Shown: positions 1-13,599, counted from the whole stretch's first letter. The stretch: DNA of 62,985 bases, filler included, from Octopus bimaculoides (GCF_001194135.2; 3 parts of 3 records of this genome joined end to end with filler, not necessarily neighbours in it); one strand, 5' to 3'. The notes: generated by a model not told the origin, from the letters alone. A program made the numbers and translations.

Positions 1-579
1 TATATACATATATATACATGTGTGTATATATGTGTATAATGGTGTGTGCTTGTCTCTGTCTGTCTCTGTGTGCGTTCTACGAATGTGCTCCACTGATTAT
101 GGTGTTCGGGTCGGAATCATAATGTTCTGGGTTCAGTTCTTGAATCAGTCGAGTACTGGTGAAGTCTCTTTCTCTTGCTCTAGTCATACCTGGGTAAAAT
201 AGTAGAGGATTCAGAATAGCGTCTGATTCTCTTCGCAATTTGTATTATAGGCACTGAAAGACTTGCCAACATCATGGCACATCTTACCGAGTGAGATATT
301 CATTTGCAGGCGGCAGCTGGATCTTTATGAAGTGAGACAAAAGATCGAGAAATGCCGCGTGTAACCTCGCAAAACCTTCAGCTCTCTATAAAATCTTTTC
401 TGATCTATTGTAAATTAAGAATTCTTTCATATAATTATTTACACCACCATTTTAATATTTATCTACTCTGTGTGTGTTCGTACGCGTGTGTGTGTGTGTG
501 TATAAATGCATGTGTATGTGTGTGCTTCTAAGTCTACGGCTTATACACAATCTATAACTATGTATACATATATCACGCA

Positions 580-870
580 ATCAAGCGATCGTCCGAATTA
601 TTGGAGGTAACACATCGCTGGTCACAATGTGCTTTCCATCAATTTAGCTTTGGAATGACACCATTCGGCGGGCTTGGCGAGGAGGGCAACATTGCCGCTA
701 ATCAGAAGGTTAGTCCATCAAAGTGTGACCCATTTACAACCAAGTGCACTGGAGCAACATGAAACGAAGTGTTTCGCTCAAAAGAACAACGCCGCAGTTC
801 AATTCGGGAATCCAACGCACGATTCAACGATCGTGAGCGCCACACCCTAACCTCTGAGCCACGCGCCACA
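580..870 (-). mobile_element. tRNA-derived SINE (window family A, CORE-like middle)
   Basis: Reverse strand reads tgtggcgcgtggctcagaggttagggtgtggcgctcacgatc, a tRNA-like head with A box and degenerate B box, then gttcttttgagcgaaacacttcgtttcatgttgctccag, which is shared with the copies at 11.5 and 13.6 kb. Confidence 0.7.
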
Positions 871-1018
871 AAATATAGACATATACGGAGTTGCGTTAAT
901 GTTCAATTCTTCATGGAAATATTCCTTCAGTATCAACAATGACAAAAAACTTCACTTACACACTCAGTCTAACAAAAGCTTCTCATGAACATATAAAAAA
1001 GACATACACATACACATA

Positions 1019-1051
<33 letters not shown>

Positions 1052-1321
1052 NNNNNNNNNNNNNNNNNNNNNNNNNNNNNNNNNNNNNNNNNNNNNNNNN
1101 NNNNNNNNNNNNNNNNNNNNNNNNNNNNNNNNNNNNNNNNNNNNNNNNNNNNNNNNNNNNNNNNNNNNNNNNNNNNNNNNNNNNNNNNNNNNNNNNNNNN
1201 NNNNNNNNNNNNNNNNNNNNNNNNNNNNNNNNNNNNNNNNNNNNNNNNNNNNNNNNNNNNNNNNNNNNNNNNNNNNNNNNNNNNNNNNNNNNNNNNNNNN
1301 NNNNNNNNNNNNNNNNNTATA

Positions 1322-1354
<33 letters not shown>

Positions 1355-2135
1355 AAATATATGTATATATGCTAAAATCGAACTAAAAGAAAACAGTACC
1401 AAAAGTAAACATCGGTGCGACAAGAACAACTCGGAGACAACGATGAACATAAATCTTTTCTCTGAAGTTACTATTTACCATTCTATTAGAACGTAGTTCC
1501 AAAAATGGTCAATAGATTCCTGACTTGGTGAAGCTTTTATGATTCGCACCTCCCTCACCTCTCTTTCTCTTTCATTCTCTTTCTTCCCATCTTACAGTCA
1601 CACAACTCTTTCTCTCTCTGTTTGTTTGTCCCCACGGCTCTCTCTCTCTCTCTCTCTCTCTACATTCTCTCTCGTTTACTTTTTTTCTTCCCGCTTCGTC
1701 ACTATTTTGCGAAGCACCGTACCACTATCACAAGAACAGCGCATTCCCAATCGCTGTTTTAGTGTAACAAAGGGCCTTTGTTAGTTAGTTATTTACATCA
1801 TTTTGTCAGTTTTATGTAGTCCAATAGCTTTTTGCTTAGTAAAGCTTTCCTCACGGCCTGAAATCATGGAACTCTATGCGGCAGAGAAGACCAAACCAAA
1901 CCATGTCGCCCATCAAATTGAAGATAAGCCAAAAATGTCATGTCCGTATTCACTTCCAGCTGGAGATAAAAGCAATTTTCGTTGAAATGTCTTCAGAGAG
2001 ACCAAACTGATTCCTGTATTATGGACAATCTATTTGATTGTATATAAACGCTCACCTATGGCTCTATGTAAAGACGTATTTATGTTTATTTACGTATGCA
2101 TGAATGCGTATATACTATATACATACATACATATG

Positions 2136-2178
<43 letters not shown>

Positions 2179-4949
2179 NNNNNNNNNNNNNNNNNNNNNN
2201 NNNNNNNNNNNNNNNNNNNNNNNNNNNNNNNNNNNNNNNNNNNNNNNNNNNNNNNNNNNNNNNNNNNNNNNNNNNNNNNNNNNNNNNNNNNNNNNNNNNN
2301 NNNNNNNNNNNNNNNNNNNNNNNNNNNNNNNNNNNNNNNNNNNNNNNNNNNNNNNNNNNNNNNNNNNNNNNNNNNNNNNNNNNNNNNNNNNNNNNNNNNN
2401 NNNNNNNNNNNNNNNNNNNNNNNNNNNNNNNNNNNNNNNNNNNNNNNNNNNNNNNNNNNNNNNNNNNNNNNNNNNNNNNNNNNNNNNNNNNNNNNNNNNN
2501 NNNNNNNNNNNNNNNNNNNNNNNNNNNNNNNNNNNNNNNNNNNNNNNNNNNNNNNNNNNNNNNNNNNNNNNNNNNNNNNNNNNNNNNNNNNNNNNNNNNN
2601 NNNNNNNNNNNNNNNNNNNNNNNNNNNNNNNNNNNNNNNNNNNNNNNNNNNNNNNNNNNNNNNNNNNNNNNNNNNNNNNNNNNNNNNNNNNNNNNNNNNN
2701 NNNNNNNNNNNNNNNNNNNNNNNNNNNNNNNNNNNNNNNNNNNNNNNNNNNNNNNNNNNNNNNNNNNNNNNNNNNNNNNNNNNNNNNNNNNNNNATAAGT
2801 ACACATATGCATACATATATGTGTGTGCACGCGCCTGTATGTATGTATATATGTGTATATATATACATATACATACATTCATACAAATAATAAAGTTAGC
2901 AAATAAGTACACATATGCATACATATATGTGTGTGCACGCGCCTGTATGTATGTATATATGTGTATATATATACATCTACACAAGAACACACACACACAC
3001 ACATATAATCGCTTAATATGTCTAATCAAACAATCGATAAACGTGGTCTTGGATGACATATTTCCATACTCCCTGTCCGAACTTCCCCCACCCTCCTCTC
3101 TCTCCCCTCTCTTTCTCTCTCTGTTTCTCTCGCTCTCTCTCTCTCTCGTTCGTTGTTTTTCCATTCTATTCAACAAGTTGCCTATATCCACATCAAGAGA
3201 CCAAATAACACAAACTCTCGTCTAACTTACCAAACTCTCATTCAGACCAATTCCGACAAGCTTTGAATAATTTTTTTTCTTCTCTTATTTATATCTTTAT
3301 TATATTTGTTATTTATTTACTGCTATCTGGAATTACCACAAAGATGAGGGAATGGCGCAGGTTTTAGGTTTTATAGCGGTTTGGTTTTTGAATTCTGCGT
3401 TTGTGTATTTCTTTTTCTGTGTTTTGTTCCATTCTGTTACATGTATATGTGTATGCATATACATATGTATACATATATACATACATATATATATATAAAT
3501 AAATAAATAAATATATATATATANNNNNNNNNNNNNNNNNNNNNNNNNNNNNNNNNNNNNNNNNNNNNNNNNNNNNNNNNNNNNNNNNNNNNNNNNNNNN
3601 NNNNNNNNNNNNNNNNNNNNNNNNNNNNNNNNNNNNNNNNNNNNNNNNNNNNNNNNNNNNNNNNNNNNNNNNNNNNNNNNNNNNNNNNNNNNNNNNNNNN
3701 NNNNNNNNNNNGAAATATATGTAAAATTTAAAATATGTATCAACTCCAAGTACAAATTCCGTGTAAAATAAAGACAATGTTATGAGCTGTGTATGTATGT
3801 GTGTGTCTGTGTCTACGCGTAGTTCCCAACAAGGGCGCCATTTTGATGATCTCGAAAACGTCAAAGCAAATCTGTTTTGATGTTTATGAAGTTACCTATG
3901 GCTAACTCAGCTACAAACACATTCAATTCAGTGTGAACGTTATTACATTTATTTTGATATATTCTCTCTTTTCTCTTGCCTTCCATAAACTATGTCATTA
4001 AAGCACGACAAAGCCCTAGCTAAATAGCCTAGCCTGTTTTTGTTAGTTTTATTTTCTTTCGCTATTTCCTGAAAAATATTGCTTAATGTTGGATTGTGTA
4101 GGATAATATTTTAACAATAATTGCAGAAGGGAGAATAACGTATGGATGAAATATATGTAAAATTTAAAATATGTATCAACTCCAAGTACAAATTCCGTGT
4201 AAAATAAAGACAATGTTATGAGCTGTGTATGTATGTGTGTGTGGAGGTGGAGAGGGAGATCAAAGGTGCGTTTTATAAACCTTTTTTCTCGGGGATTATT
4301 CTGTTTCCATTTTATGTAAATATCTCAGCTTTCTTTCTATCCAACAAATCCTACAGCGTTATGTATCTAAGCATGACTCTATCTATATACTATCTATCCA
4401 ATTGCCTACTTCTATTACCATTTTTCTATTTAGCTATCTTGTTGTGCATATATCTGGAAACTCCTGTATACCTCACAGTATATATACCTGCATACATACA
4501 TATATACATACACATATGTCTGTTTGTACGTGTGTACTCTTTGCTATTGTATTAGGTGCGTGTTTTATGTTTACCGAAATAGTTAAGTGTAGTGAATGAG
4601 TCTGTTAACCATTTTATGTTGAGATGTTCTTATTCAGTAACATGACTTACCGTTGGTATAAGAAGAGAATGGAAGTGTGTTACATTTCCTGTACTGATTG
4701 AAAAATAGAAAAACAAATAAATAACAATTGGGACATAATGTAGCCAGCATCAGTGGTTCAAGTCATATTTATTTGTAAATATATTTTGATTCTATTAAAT
4801 TAGAATACCATTAACAAGTAATGAATTAGCTTACTGCTTTTCTTACCTGCCCTCGCTGCGTTTTACCATAGGAGTTAAGTTCCATTACACTCTTACCCAC
4901 CCACAAAACTCATTCATATTTTCTAGCATCGTCGTGCCATCCTTGAACG

Positions 4950-5130
4950 CTGCACCCCTACAATTTCTCATCTCGCAGAACTCCCTCTCACTCCCATGCT
5001 TCCACTTTATCCTGGCTTTAGCAATTTATTTGTTGGTCACCTTCAGACACAAACCTTCACCCGTTTCACTGATTCCAAGGTAGTTGTTCCACCGATGACT
5101 ACGTCGGCGCCACCTTACCTTATTCGCGAG
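4950..5130 (-). pseudogene. possible RTE-type LINE reverse transcriptase C-terminal remnant
   Basis: Broken translation YLGISETG..KVTNK*IAKARIKW..GVLRDEKL resembles the RTE motif YLGS..G....RI.KA..KW...GVL.D. Short and degenerate. Confidence 0.3.
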
Positions 5131-5335
5131 TAACTCAACATTCTTCATTTCCTTCGTCAGCTTCTTCCGTTCTGTCTTACGATTCACATCTGCCATCTCT
5201 AAAAGGGCCTGTCGACCACTTAGATGTCTTTGCTTCAATAACCCCCACCCGTCTGCCAACCTTACCACGTTCATCTTTTACTTACATACATACATACATA
5301 CAAACATACACACACACACACAGACACACACACAG

Positions 5336-5400
<65 letters not shown>

Positions 5401-5760
5401 ATAAGAAAATGGAGAGGATACAAAACGACATACATCATCCGGTAGACATTCCAGTGTGTCTATTTATTCCAAAGCATTACAAAGTATTAGAAGAAAGAAG
5501 AAAACATAGACATGTAGTAACTATGTGTTACACAGACGTGTATTAATATTAGAGAAAAGAGCAAAAGATCAGTTCCTTACAGCCGTTTCTGCCCAGAAAT
5601 GCTCCATGCCATCTCCATCTCTTCAGTATTCTGTAGGGATGGGCAGATAAAGTTTGGATGATGTGTGTGCCTCTAGGCTTCTTCAGAGGGTCTAAGTGGT
5701 TAGGAGGGTTAATACATATAATAAACAGTTAACAATGGGTGCACAACCTCTAACTCTCCC
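5401..5760 (-). mobile_element. HHR-bearing pLTR-like non-autonomous element (Penelope-like), copy 1
   Basis: Contains an HHR fold at 5572-5692. Its 3' end (ggaatgtct..gatga..tatcctctccattttcttat) matches the end of the element at 36.7-37.0 kb, at a similar distance (~180 nt) from the cleavage triplet. Confidence 0.55.
5572..5692 (-). ncRNA. type I hammerhead ribozyme, partly degenerate, long stem-II insert
   Basis: Minus strand: CCCU-CUGAAGA-a-GCCUAGA-(74 nt)-UCUGGGC-a-GAAAC-GGCU-GUA-AGG. The core is intact, but the closing pair of stem II is A/A and stem I is short. Confidence 0.6.
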
Positions 5761-5793
5761 AGAAATATATACATACATACATATATATATGTG

Positions 5794-5833
<40 letters not shown>

Positions 5834-5859
5834 TATTCTCTCTCTCTCTCACACACACA

Positions 5860-5936
<77 letters not shown>

Positions 5937-6155
5937 AGGGGGAGAAGGAAAGAAGTGATAGATGAGAAGATTGAGGTGTTCTTGTGTTTGTGCTAATCCC
6001 CTTTTTATCTCATCCCAACAACTCACTCCAGGACAGGGATCTCCTAATCACAGGTCCCTCTTTTTTCAATGTTCCAATGTGCCATACAGGTGTGAATTGA
6101 AATCTGTCCAGCCAGCGGTATAACCTCTCATATCACACGTTAATTATAAATGTTT

Positions 6156-6157
<2 letters not shown>

Positions 6158-6210
<53 letters not shown>

Positions 6211-6213
6211 TAC

Positions 6214-6250
<37 letters not shown>
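6158..6250. repeat. (ATT)n microsatellite
   Basis: Direct reading. It explains the poly-L and poly-N ORFs. Confidence 0.95.
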
Positions 6251-6253
<3 letters not shown>

Positions 6254-6275
6254 ATCATCGTCGTCATTGTTGTTA

Positions 6276-6497
6276 AGGCGGCCACCAGGCAGAATCGCTT
6301 GCCCTCCGGACGAAATGGTGAGAGTCATTTTGTCCGTTTTACGTCCTGAGTTCAAATTTCCGCCCTAGTTGACTTTGGCTTTCATCCTTTCAGAGTCGAT
6401 AAAATGAGTAAGAGATGAACACTGGGCTCGATGTAAGCGACTTATTTCCTCCCACAAAAATTTCATGCCTTTTGCCTACAGTAGAAAGAATTATTAT
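6276..6497 (+). mobile_element. tRNA-derived SINE (window family B)
   Basis: aaggcggc..cagaatcg..ctgagttcaaatt..ctttcatcctttcagagtcgataaaatgagta..gtagaaagaattattatt, homologous to about 10 other copies in the window. Confidence 0.85.
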
Positions 6498-7624
6498 TTT
6501 AACAAGCGCCAATTTAATTGCGACAGCGAAAAATAAACTCGTGCAAATGACACATTTCCAAGCAGTAAACTGCCTTATCTAGATGTCAGAAAACTCGTTA
6601 GTTCAGCCCCAGGCTGTGTGTCTTAGTGAGAGGTTGGCGAATAAACTAAAAGTGTCTGCCTAAAAGTTGTCAACGAGTCGTCCTTCGCTTTCTGTCAACC
6701 AGCGGAAATTAAGTCACTTTTAGTGAGATTGAAGATATATCGCTCTACTTCTCATCACCCCACCAACACACCCATTCATTTGCAAAGGTCTGCAGTCGAA
6801 TTGGCCCGGTGGTAATAATGCCTGAATTTGTATTGCTGAGAGCCTGTTCACGAATGTACAGGTGTGGGTTTCATATTTTGGCCACGTCTTTTTACATATT
6901 TAGTGGGTCTAGTGTAAGTTAATGAACATGGGATTGGTGGATGTGCGAGAGAACCGTTTTTGAAAATGGTATCGGAATGGAATATTTATAAGGATGACAG
7001 TTAAAACATGGTTCTGTGGTAAGAAAAAAAAACAAAAAAAAACAAGAACACTCTTCACAGCTCCGTGATCAAGGCTTCAATTGTTACTTCCTACAATAGC
7101 TGTAGTGTAACTTTGCCCTGCTGAGTAAAAGTGCATGCGGTTATTGCGCAGATGCCCTCAAAGAAACAGCTTTTATCTTTTGTTGACAGACCTATTCCTC
7201 CGGCGGATTTAACACCTTCTCCACATAGCTCTTGGGTGTTTTCTAGCAAGCTCATCTCTGCACTCTAGGGCGATATCGAATATACTTCGCACAAGTTCCA
7301 CAGCCTGTGGAAACTTCCATAACCGCTGGTTTTTCTTCTCTGACCAATTAATAAATATCATAAACACTAGCGGCCTATCGAGGGTGCAATATAACAGACT
7401 TTATTAAACATGTAGTTAAATAAATAGTTTATGAAATCTCAACATCTAAACAGGATTAATATATGACGATAATTAATAGTAGAAGTACTATGAATTTGGA
7501 GTATGTATATTGGTGGGTTAATATATATATAGTTTACTGTATCACTAATCCATCAACATACATACATACATACATACATACATACATACATACATCCATA
7601 CATACTTACATACATACATACATA

Positions 7625-7908
7625 CAGGTTAGCTGTCCTGCAGATATAGATATCTCTTTGAAAATCAAAGAAAAAGAGGATGTCTATGGACAACTGATTT
7701 GAAACCTCCAGTTTCTATATCCAGACTATGAATTCATATTCATATCAATAATAATTGAAGCATTATGTTTTGCTAGTAAATGCTTAAAGCAGAATCTGGA
7801 TAAATTGGGATTTTCAGAAAAAGAAATTGACTGGCGAATTCGTACATTACAAGTGAAATCTGTGAGTGGAACAGTAAAAATATGCAAGACTTTTCTCGAG
7901 TTCCAAAC
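7625..7908 (+). pseudogene. R4/Dong-like non-LTR retrotransposon, 3' restriction-like endonuclease (RLE) fragment
   Basis: QVSCPADIDISLKIKEKEDVYGQLI*NLQFLYPDYEFIFISIIIEALCF...VKSVSGTVKICKTFL, homologous to the fragment at 32.4-32.6 kb. Confidence 0.75.
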
Positions 7909-7939
<31 letters not shown>

Positions 7940-8067
7940 CAGGGTGTCCACAAAGTCTGGGTACATGGGCATTAACACATTACTTTAAGAAATTATTATT
8001 TCTTTCATTTAATTGTTTATGTTATGATTTTATTTACTCCATGTACCCAGACTTTGTGGACACCTTG
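7940..8067. mobile_element. 128-bp MITE, Tc1/mariner type
   Basis: 29-bp TIRs cagggtgtccacaaagtctgggtacatgg with 1 mismatch, TA on both sides, AT-rich interior. Confidence 0.9.
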
Positions 8068-8896
8068 TATATTACTCAAAGAAATTCCAGCTTAGTCTGA
8101 TTTTCACGTTTTATTTACAATCTTATAATAATATAAGATAATATAATATAATGAAATGATAGAATATTAAATGTCCATTCTGATTGAACTAGTACTTTCA
8201 TGCATGAAACTATGCAATCTTCAGGTTCATGTAGTAGCAGTGGTGACAGTTATGTCTTTACAATTTACAATTATTCTTCTATACGCAATCATACATTAAT
8301 ATACATTATATATATACATATATATTTACAAATATATACATAAGTAAATACAAATACACTGCATACACACAGCAAGGCATAATATGCCGTGAAAACATCC
8401 GCACATGATAGTCACACTAAGAGCCGCAACTGACAAAAATTGCTGCATTCCAAAATATATCTTTCTTCCAGATCTTTCGCTCGTTTTCGTCCTTGCTCAA
8501 CAATAGCTCTGCAATGGAACTTATTAGCTGCTCAGCGTATTCCTTTTTGTACGTCGTGATATCATAATTTCGATCAAAACATCCCTGTTACCTTTTCTTA
8601 TGATCCCTCTACGATTTCGCTAAGTATAGCTGCTTACGTGCCAGGATTAACAAACCATTTGTTAACACGCTAATTGAATTTTCACACATGAATATTGAAG
8701 CAAAAACAGAAATGAAATTAATTGAACAATTGTGTGGAATAATATATTCCCAGTTGAATGGACACTAACAATAGCAATTAATACAACTTTACTTTTCTGT
8801 GTGTGTCGGGGGAGAGAGGGTGTGTGAGTGTGTGTGCTTATATATATACATATATATAGACATGTATATATATATCTATATATATATATGTGTGTG

Positions 8897-8931
<35 letters not shown>

Positions 8932-9046
8932 ATTCAAATACGCATTTATTGTTAACTTCCAAAATATAAATAGTTACACACACTTTCAAAATCACACAAA
9001 TGTATATTCATATGTACACCCATCTCTCCCTCTCACTACATGTACA

Positions 9047-10279
9047 CAGGGTGCGGTGAATAAATTATCGTCTAAATTATGCAAAAATGAGAATAACATT
9101 GAAGTCTCATTTACCAGATATTTTTACCAAAATTGCATAAAAATATCTTGAAATACTAAAGAGTAAATTTATTCAATAAAATCGCCATTGGCTTCAACCA
9201 CGGCCTCCAGACGAATTCGGAATCTCATGCAGCTCTTCTGGACGGTCTCCTTGTTTAAGTTGGTGAATGCACCCATAATCCTTGCCTTCAGTTCATCTTT
9301 GGTGTTACAAGGAGTTCTGTTGGTCTCTCACTCAACTGCACCCCACAAATAATAATCAAGGGAGTTGCAGTCTAGGGAATTAGGTGGCTAGATGTAAGGG
9401 TAATGTGGTCGTAAAAATTGTCTGACAAGCATGGCTTGTGAGGCATGGTACAGAGCCCTGTTGTCAGACATAGGGTCTTCCAACAGCTACCTTCTTGACC
9501 CAGAGCAGCACTAACTCCTCCAGGCACTTGATGTATATCTCTGTGTTGAGTGTGAGGCCATGTGAGAAGATGGCCATCACTAGTGATCATTCCAAACACC
9601 ATGTGGATGTTTGTTTTTTATCACTCTCGGTACATGTTTTGGAGACACAGCAAGCCAACGGTTGTTCTGTGTGTTCACCATCTGATCCTGGCAGAAACTT
9701 TTCTTGTCTGCGAAAAAGCAACGCATGTTCGTTTGTAGGGGATTCTTGATTTTGTTCAAAAGCTTCGTAGCGCGGTCTTTCCTCTTATCCTTGATGGCTT
9801 GGGATAAAAAATCGGTCCTTTCTCATCTTGTATGAAGAATACCGAATGTCTTCATGCACTACCTGCCTCTTAAGTAATTCAGACACTTTCATATCCCTGG
9901 TGATGGACCTGATTGACTTCGAGGGATCGTTGTCAATCATGGCCTCGATCTCACCAACAAGTCCAGGACTTGTTTTCTTATCAGACCAACCAGAGTAAGT
10001 TTTCCGAGCTGCCGTCCCTTCCTAATCACCATTAGATTCCTCCAACTCTTTCCGAATTCTCTGCACTGTCCTTAGATTGACACCCAAACATTCTGAAATG
10101 TTCGTATTGGAGCTTCCGACGCCGTGCAGCAAGTCGTTTCCAAATTTTTGTTAGAGCGAATTGCGTCATGGTGCTATTGTTCTCACAGACGGTGCCCTAG
10201 TCGGCAAAATCAAAAACAAACAGTGTGCATGCGTGAAATTAAAGATATAAATTGGCGACAATTTATCCATCGCATTCTG
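9047..10279 (-). mobile_element. decayed Tc1/mariner transposon, maT/DD37D-like
   Basis: Imperfect ~26-bp TIRs (cagggtgcggtgaataaattatcgtc and cagaatgcgatggataaattgtcgcc). Disrupted transposase at about 10169-9170: MTQFALTKIW..NLRTVQRIRKEL..FFADKK..NTQNNRWLA..MVFGMITSDG..PPNSLDCNSLDYYLWG..RLEAVVEANGDFIE*. The D-D spacing cannot be counted because of a deletion, so the family is assigned by motif similarity. Confidence 0.85.
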
Positions 10280-10718
10280 TACATACATACATATCTACAT
10301 ACATACATACATATACACACACATAGATATTCATTTGTACACATCCATCTTCCTCTGTCTCTCTCTCTCTCTCACACACACACACTGTATGTATTTTTGT
10401 ATACACACTCTCTCTCTCTCTTTCACATATTAACACACACGTATACACACACATATGCATAAAGAGGGGGAATGGAAATGTGAGAGATGGAAGGATTAAC
10501 GTGTTCTTGTGCTTTGGAGTGAGTGTGTGTGTGTGTGTGTGTGCATGTGTGTGCATGTGTGAGTGTGTGTATGTGTATGTGTGTGTGTGTGTGTATTCGT
10601 TTGCTTCGATTTATGTTTGAGTGGCCTTGTCCACCTATGTGTGGTTCTGTTTGTATGTGCTTGTGTAACATCAGTGTATTTCCCTGTTCTTCTCTGTGCG
10701 CGTATGCGTACATCTATA

Positions 10719-10762
<44 letters not shown>

Positions 10763-10951
10763 TAGATATATCTGTAGTTATTAGTATTAGATGCAGCTGA
10801 AGGAATGTGGCGATGCTGGAGCATCGCCAACTGTTCTTACTACAACTTCATTAATCCCTCTTTAATAGTTGGAATTTGATGAACGAGGGAGTTTGATGGT
10901 GCTGCTCTCATTCTGTCTTCCAGCCATGAAATTGGCATACATGTCTATGTG

Positions 10952-10986
<35 letters not shown>

Positions 10987-11540
10987 TGTGTGTGTGTATG
11001 TGTGCGCGCACGCGTGTGTCTATGCATGTGTTCATGCAATTATGTGTGTATATAAATACATGTTTTTATATACATACATGAATACGTACATATGCATGTA
11101 TTTATGTATGTACTTATGTATATACGTATGTATGAATATATATATGTGTGCGTGCGATCACGCATACACATACACACACACATACACACACGCATACACA
11201 CACACGCACACACACACACGCACACACACACATATATAAATTATATTTGTTTGCGTATTATGAATCTGTAGAATATAAAATGAGAAAATAAATGTACAAA
11301 AACAAAATATATTTTGCTAACTTCTAATTCCCTTCAATCTTCAATTAGCGGTAATTAATTGCTCAGAAGATTAACAACAGAATCAGCAACATCAACAACT
11401 AAAACGTCTACATCAGCAACAATGTTAAAAACCAATAGTGATTATGGATTAGAAAGTTTTTCTACTTCTGACCTCAGTTCACACTATTTTTGTCAGAGGA
11501 AAATTGTCGGTTAGATGGACCTCAGTATTTAACTGGTATT

Positions 11541-11750
11541 CTATAGTGGTTAGGGCGATGCACTCATGACCGAGGTTTCGATTCCTGGAGCATCCAATGC
11601 GTTGAGTCCTTGAGCAAAACACTTCATTTCACGTTTCTTAAGTCCACTCAGTTGCAATCGAAGAATCTTGCAACGGTTCGGTGTCGCATTCCATGGGGAA
11701 TGGTTTGTCCTCTGTCAGTTTTATGCAAAATAAAACCAGATAAGCGGTAT
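11541..11750 (+). mobile_element. tRNA-derived SINE (family A variant)
   Basis: tagtggttaggg..ggtttcgattcc..gtccttgagcaaaacacttcatttcacg..gtccactcag. Confidence 0.7.
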
Positions 11751-11772
11751 TAGGAGTTCTACGATGAAGGTG

Positions 11773-11990
11773 TGAGGTGGGAGCTGGCGGAAGCGTTAGC
11801 ACGCCGGGCGAAATGCTTAGCGGTATTTCGTCTGCCGCTACGTTCTGAGTTCAAATTCCGCCAAGGTCGATTTTGCCTTTCATCCTTTCGGGGTCGATGA
11901 AATAAGGATCAGTTACGCACTGGGATCGATGTAATCGACTTAATTCCTTTCCCCAAATTTGAGGCCTTGTACTTCCACTAGAAAAGATTA
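11773..11990 (+). mobile_element. tRNA-derived SINE (family B), well-preserved copy
   Basis: gagctggcggaagcgttagcacgccgggcgaaatgcttagcgg..gagttcaaattcc..gcctttcatcctttcggggtcgatg. Confidence 0.9.
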
Positions 11991-12459
11991 TGAGTTCTAC
12001 GACTCAAGACTGTAATCTCTAGGGTTACAAGAATGGTGAATGACCAAGCGAGCCTGTGTGGAATTTTAACAAGGACAATTTCAATTGCCGAGTTAGGGAA
12101 TTAATATTAGAGAAAATAATGCTTAATAGCAAAGGACTTAATGAATCCTACATACTTTTGTCAACGTGGAGAACATTAGAAATATTGCATGTGTGCCATA
12201 CATGCAATAATAATTATTTAACATAAATGAAATTTCTTGGTGCTTATGAAAAATGATGAAATGAATATCAATTTTCAAAGAAAAATACATATAACCTTCA
12301 AATAAATATAAATACAATAATCACAAATATTCTTTCTCAATACGTTCCAGCAGATTCGAACACGAATTTGCTAATCGCTGTTGTATTTTGTCTGTTGAGA
12401 ACAGCTTGTCGTTATTTCTCATTTACATTGCTGCTTCCATAACTACTTCAAAACTTACT

Positions 12460-12640
12460 CTCTCTCCCTCTCTCTCTCTCTCCCTCTCTCTCTCTCTCCC
12501 TCTCTCTCTCCCTCTCTCTCTCCCCCCTTTCTCTCTCTCCCTCTCTCTCTCTCCCTCTCTCTCCCTCTCTCTCTCCNNNNNNNNNNNNNNNNNNNNNNNN
12601 NNNNNNNNNNNNNNNNNNNNNNNNNNNNNNNNNNNNNNNN

Positions 12641-12698
<58 letters not shown>

Positions 12699-12700
12699 TC
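12460..12700. repeat. (CT)n microsatellite spanning a gap
   Basis: Direct reading. Confidence 0.9.
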
Positions 12701-13599
12701 GTCTTCCTTGTCTCTGATTTTTCTCTCTCATTGTCAGTGTAGCATTCTTTTATTTGTTGCGTGCCACCAAGCCTAGTATCTGCAACCACCCTGTACCTCT
12801 TATCTTAACTCCTTCTTTATTTCTCCTCTACTGCCTCTCTCTTTCTCGCTCTCTCTCTTTTCTCTATCTTTTTCTCTCTCTCTCTTTTTCTCTCTCTCGC
12901 TCCCTCTCTATCTGATTTAAAGCGTGACTGAAGACATCTACCAACCAACTAACCAACCAACACTTATACAGGCCAATATTACTATAAAGATATTCTAACG
13001 GATTTTTTTTACTCTGACGAAAATTAACCAAGGAACTGGAGGAAAGGTTTTCAGTCCAGATGATCTACTAGTAATAGCAGCCAAAAAATCTCACAAAACA
13101 AAAGGGGGTACAATAGAATCACTTTCAAAGGTTTCGACTGTCACAACTGCAATTCTCGCTCGAGCGTAATCTGGCTTAAAATCACAAAACAAACAGCAAA
13201 AATAACCAGCTAAGGTTCCACTCGATAAAGAAGGCTCCGTATGGTTGCTTCACTGGCTAGAAATAGAGCTGAAATATCCCTGGATCTTACATTAATGTTT
13301 TAATATAAAGAAAAAACACATGGCTGCAGTCAAATGACTGAAACAAGTAAAAGAGAGTATCAGATAATGGAGGCTTCCTTCTACATCCGGGGCTCATTTG
13401 GTTCAAGGTCTGCTTTGTCAGGCTTCAACACCATCATCAACAACAACCGTTCAGAAGTTCGCTTCACGACTCAAATGGTTTTTGGGACTAACATTTAGGA
13501 ATAGAATTTGATTAATGTAAATGAATTTCAATGTGGATTGAGTGGGTGGGTGACTTATGCCATTATCCTGTTTATTATCATCAGCTGCTCCGTGAGTGG

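Noticed and set aside
1803-1985. 60-aa ORF with normal composition
   Set aside because: No recognisable homology and no convincing splice sites.
2796-2975. ~75-bp direct repeat
   Set aside because: Low-complexity and adjacent to a gap; slippage or an assembly artefact.
3712-4242. Exact ~95-bp direct repeat (3712-3805 and 4148-4242)
   Set aside because: The first copy begins at a gap edge, so a contig-overlap or gap-filling artefact is most likely.
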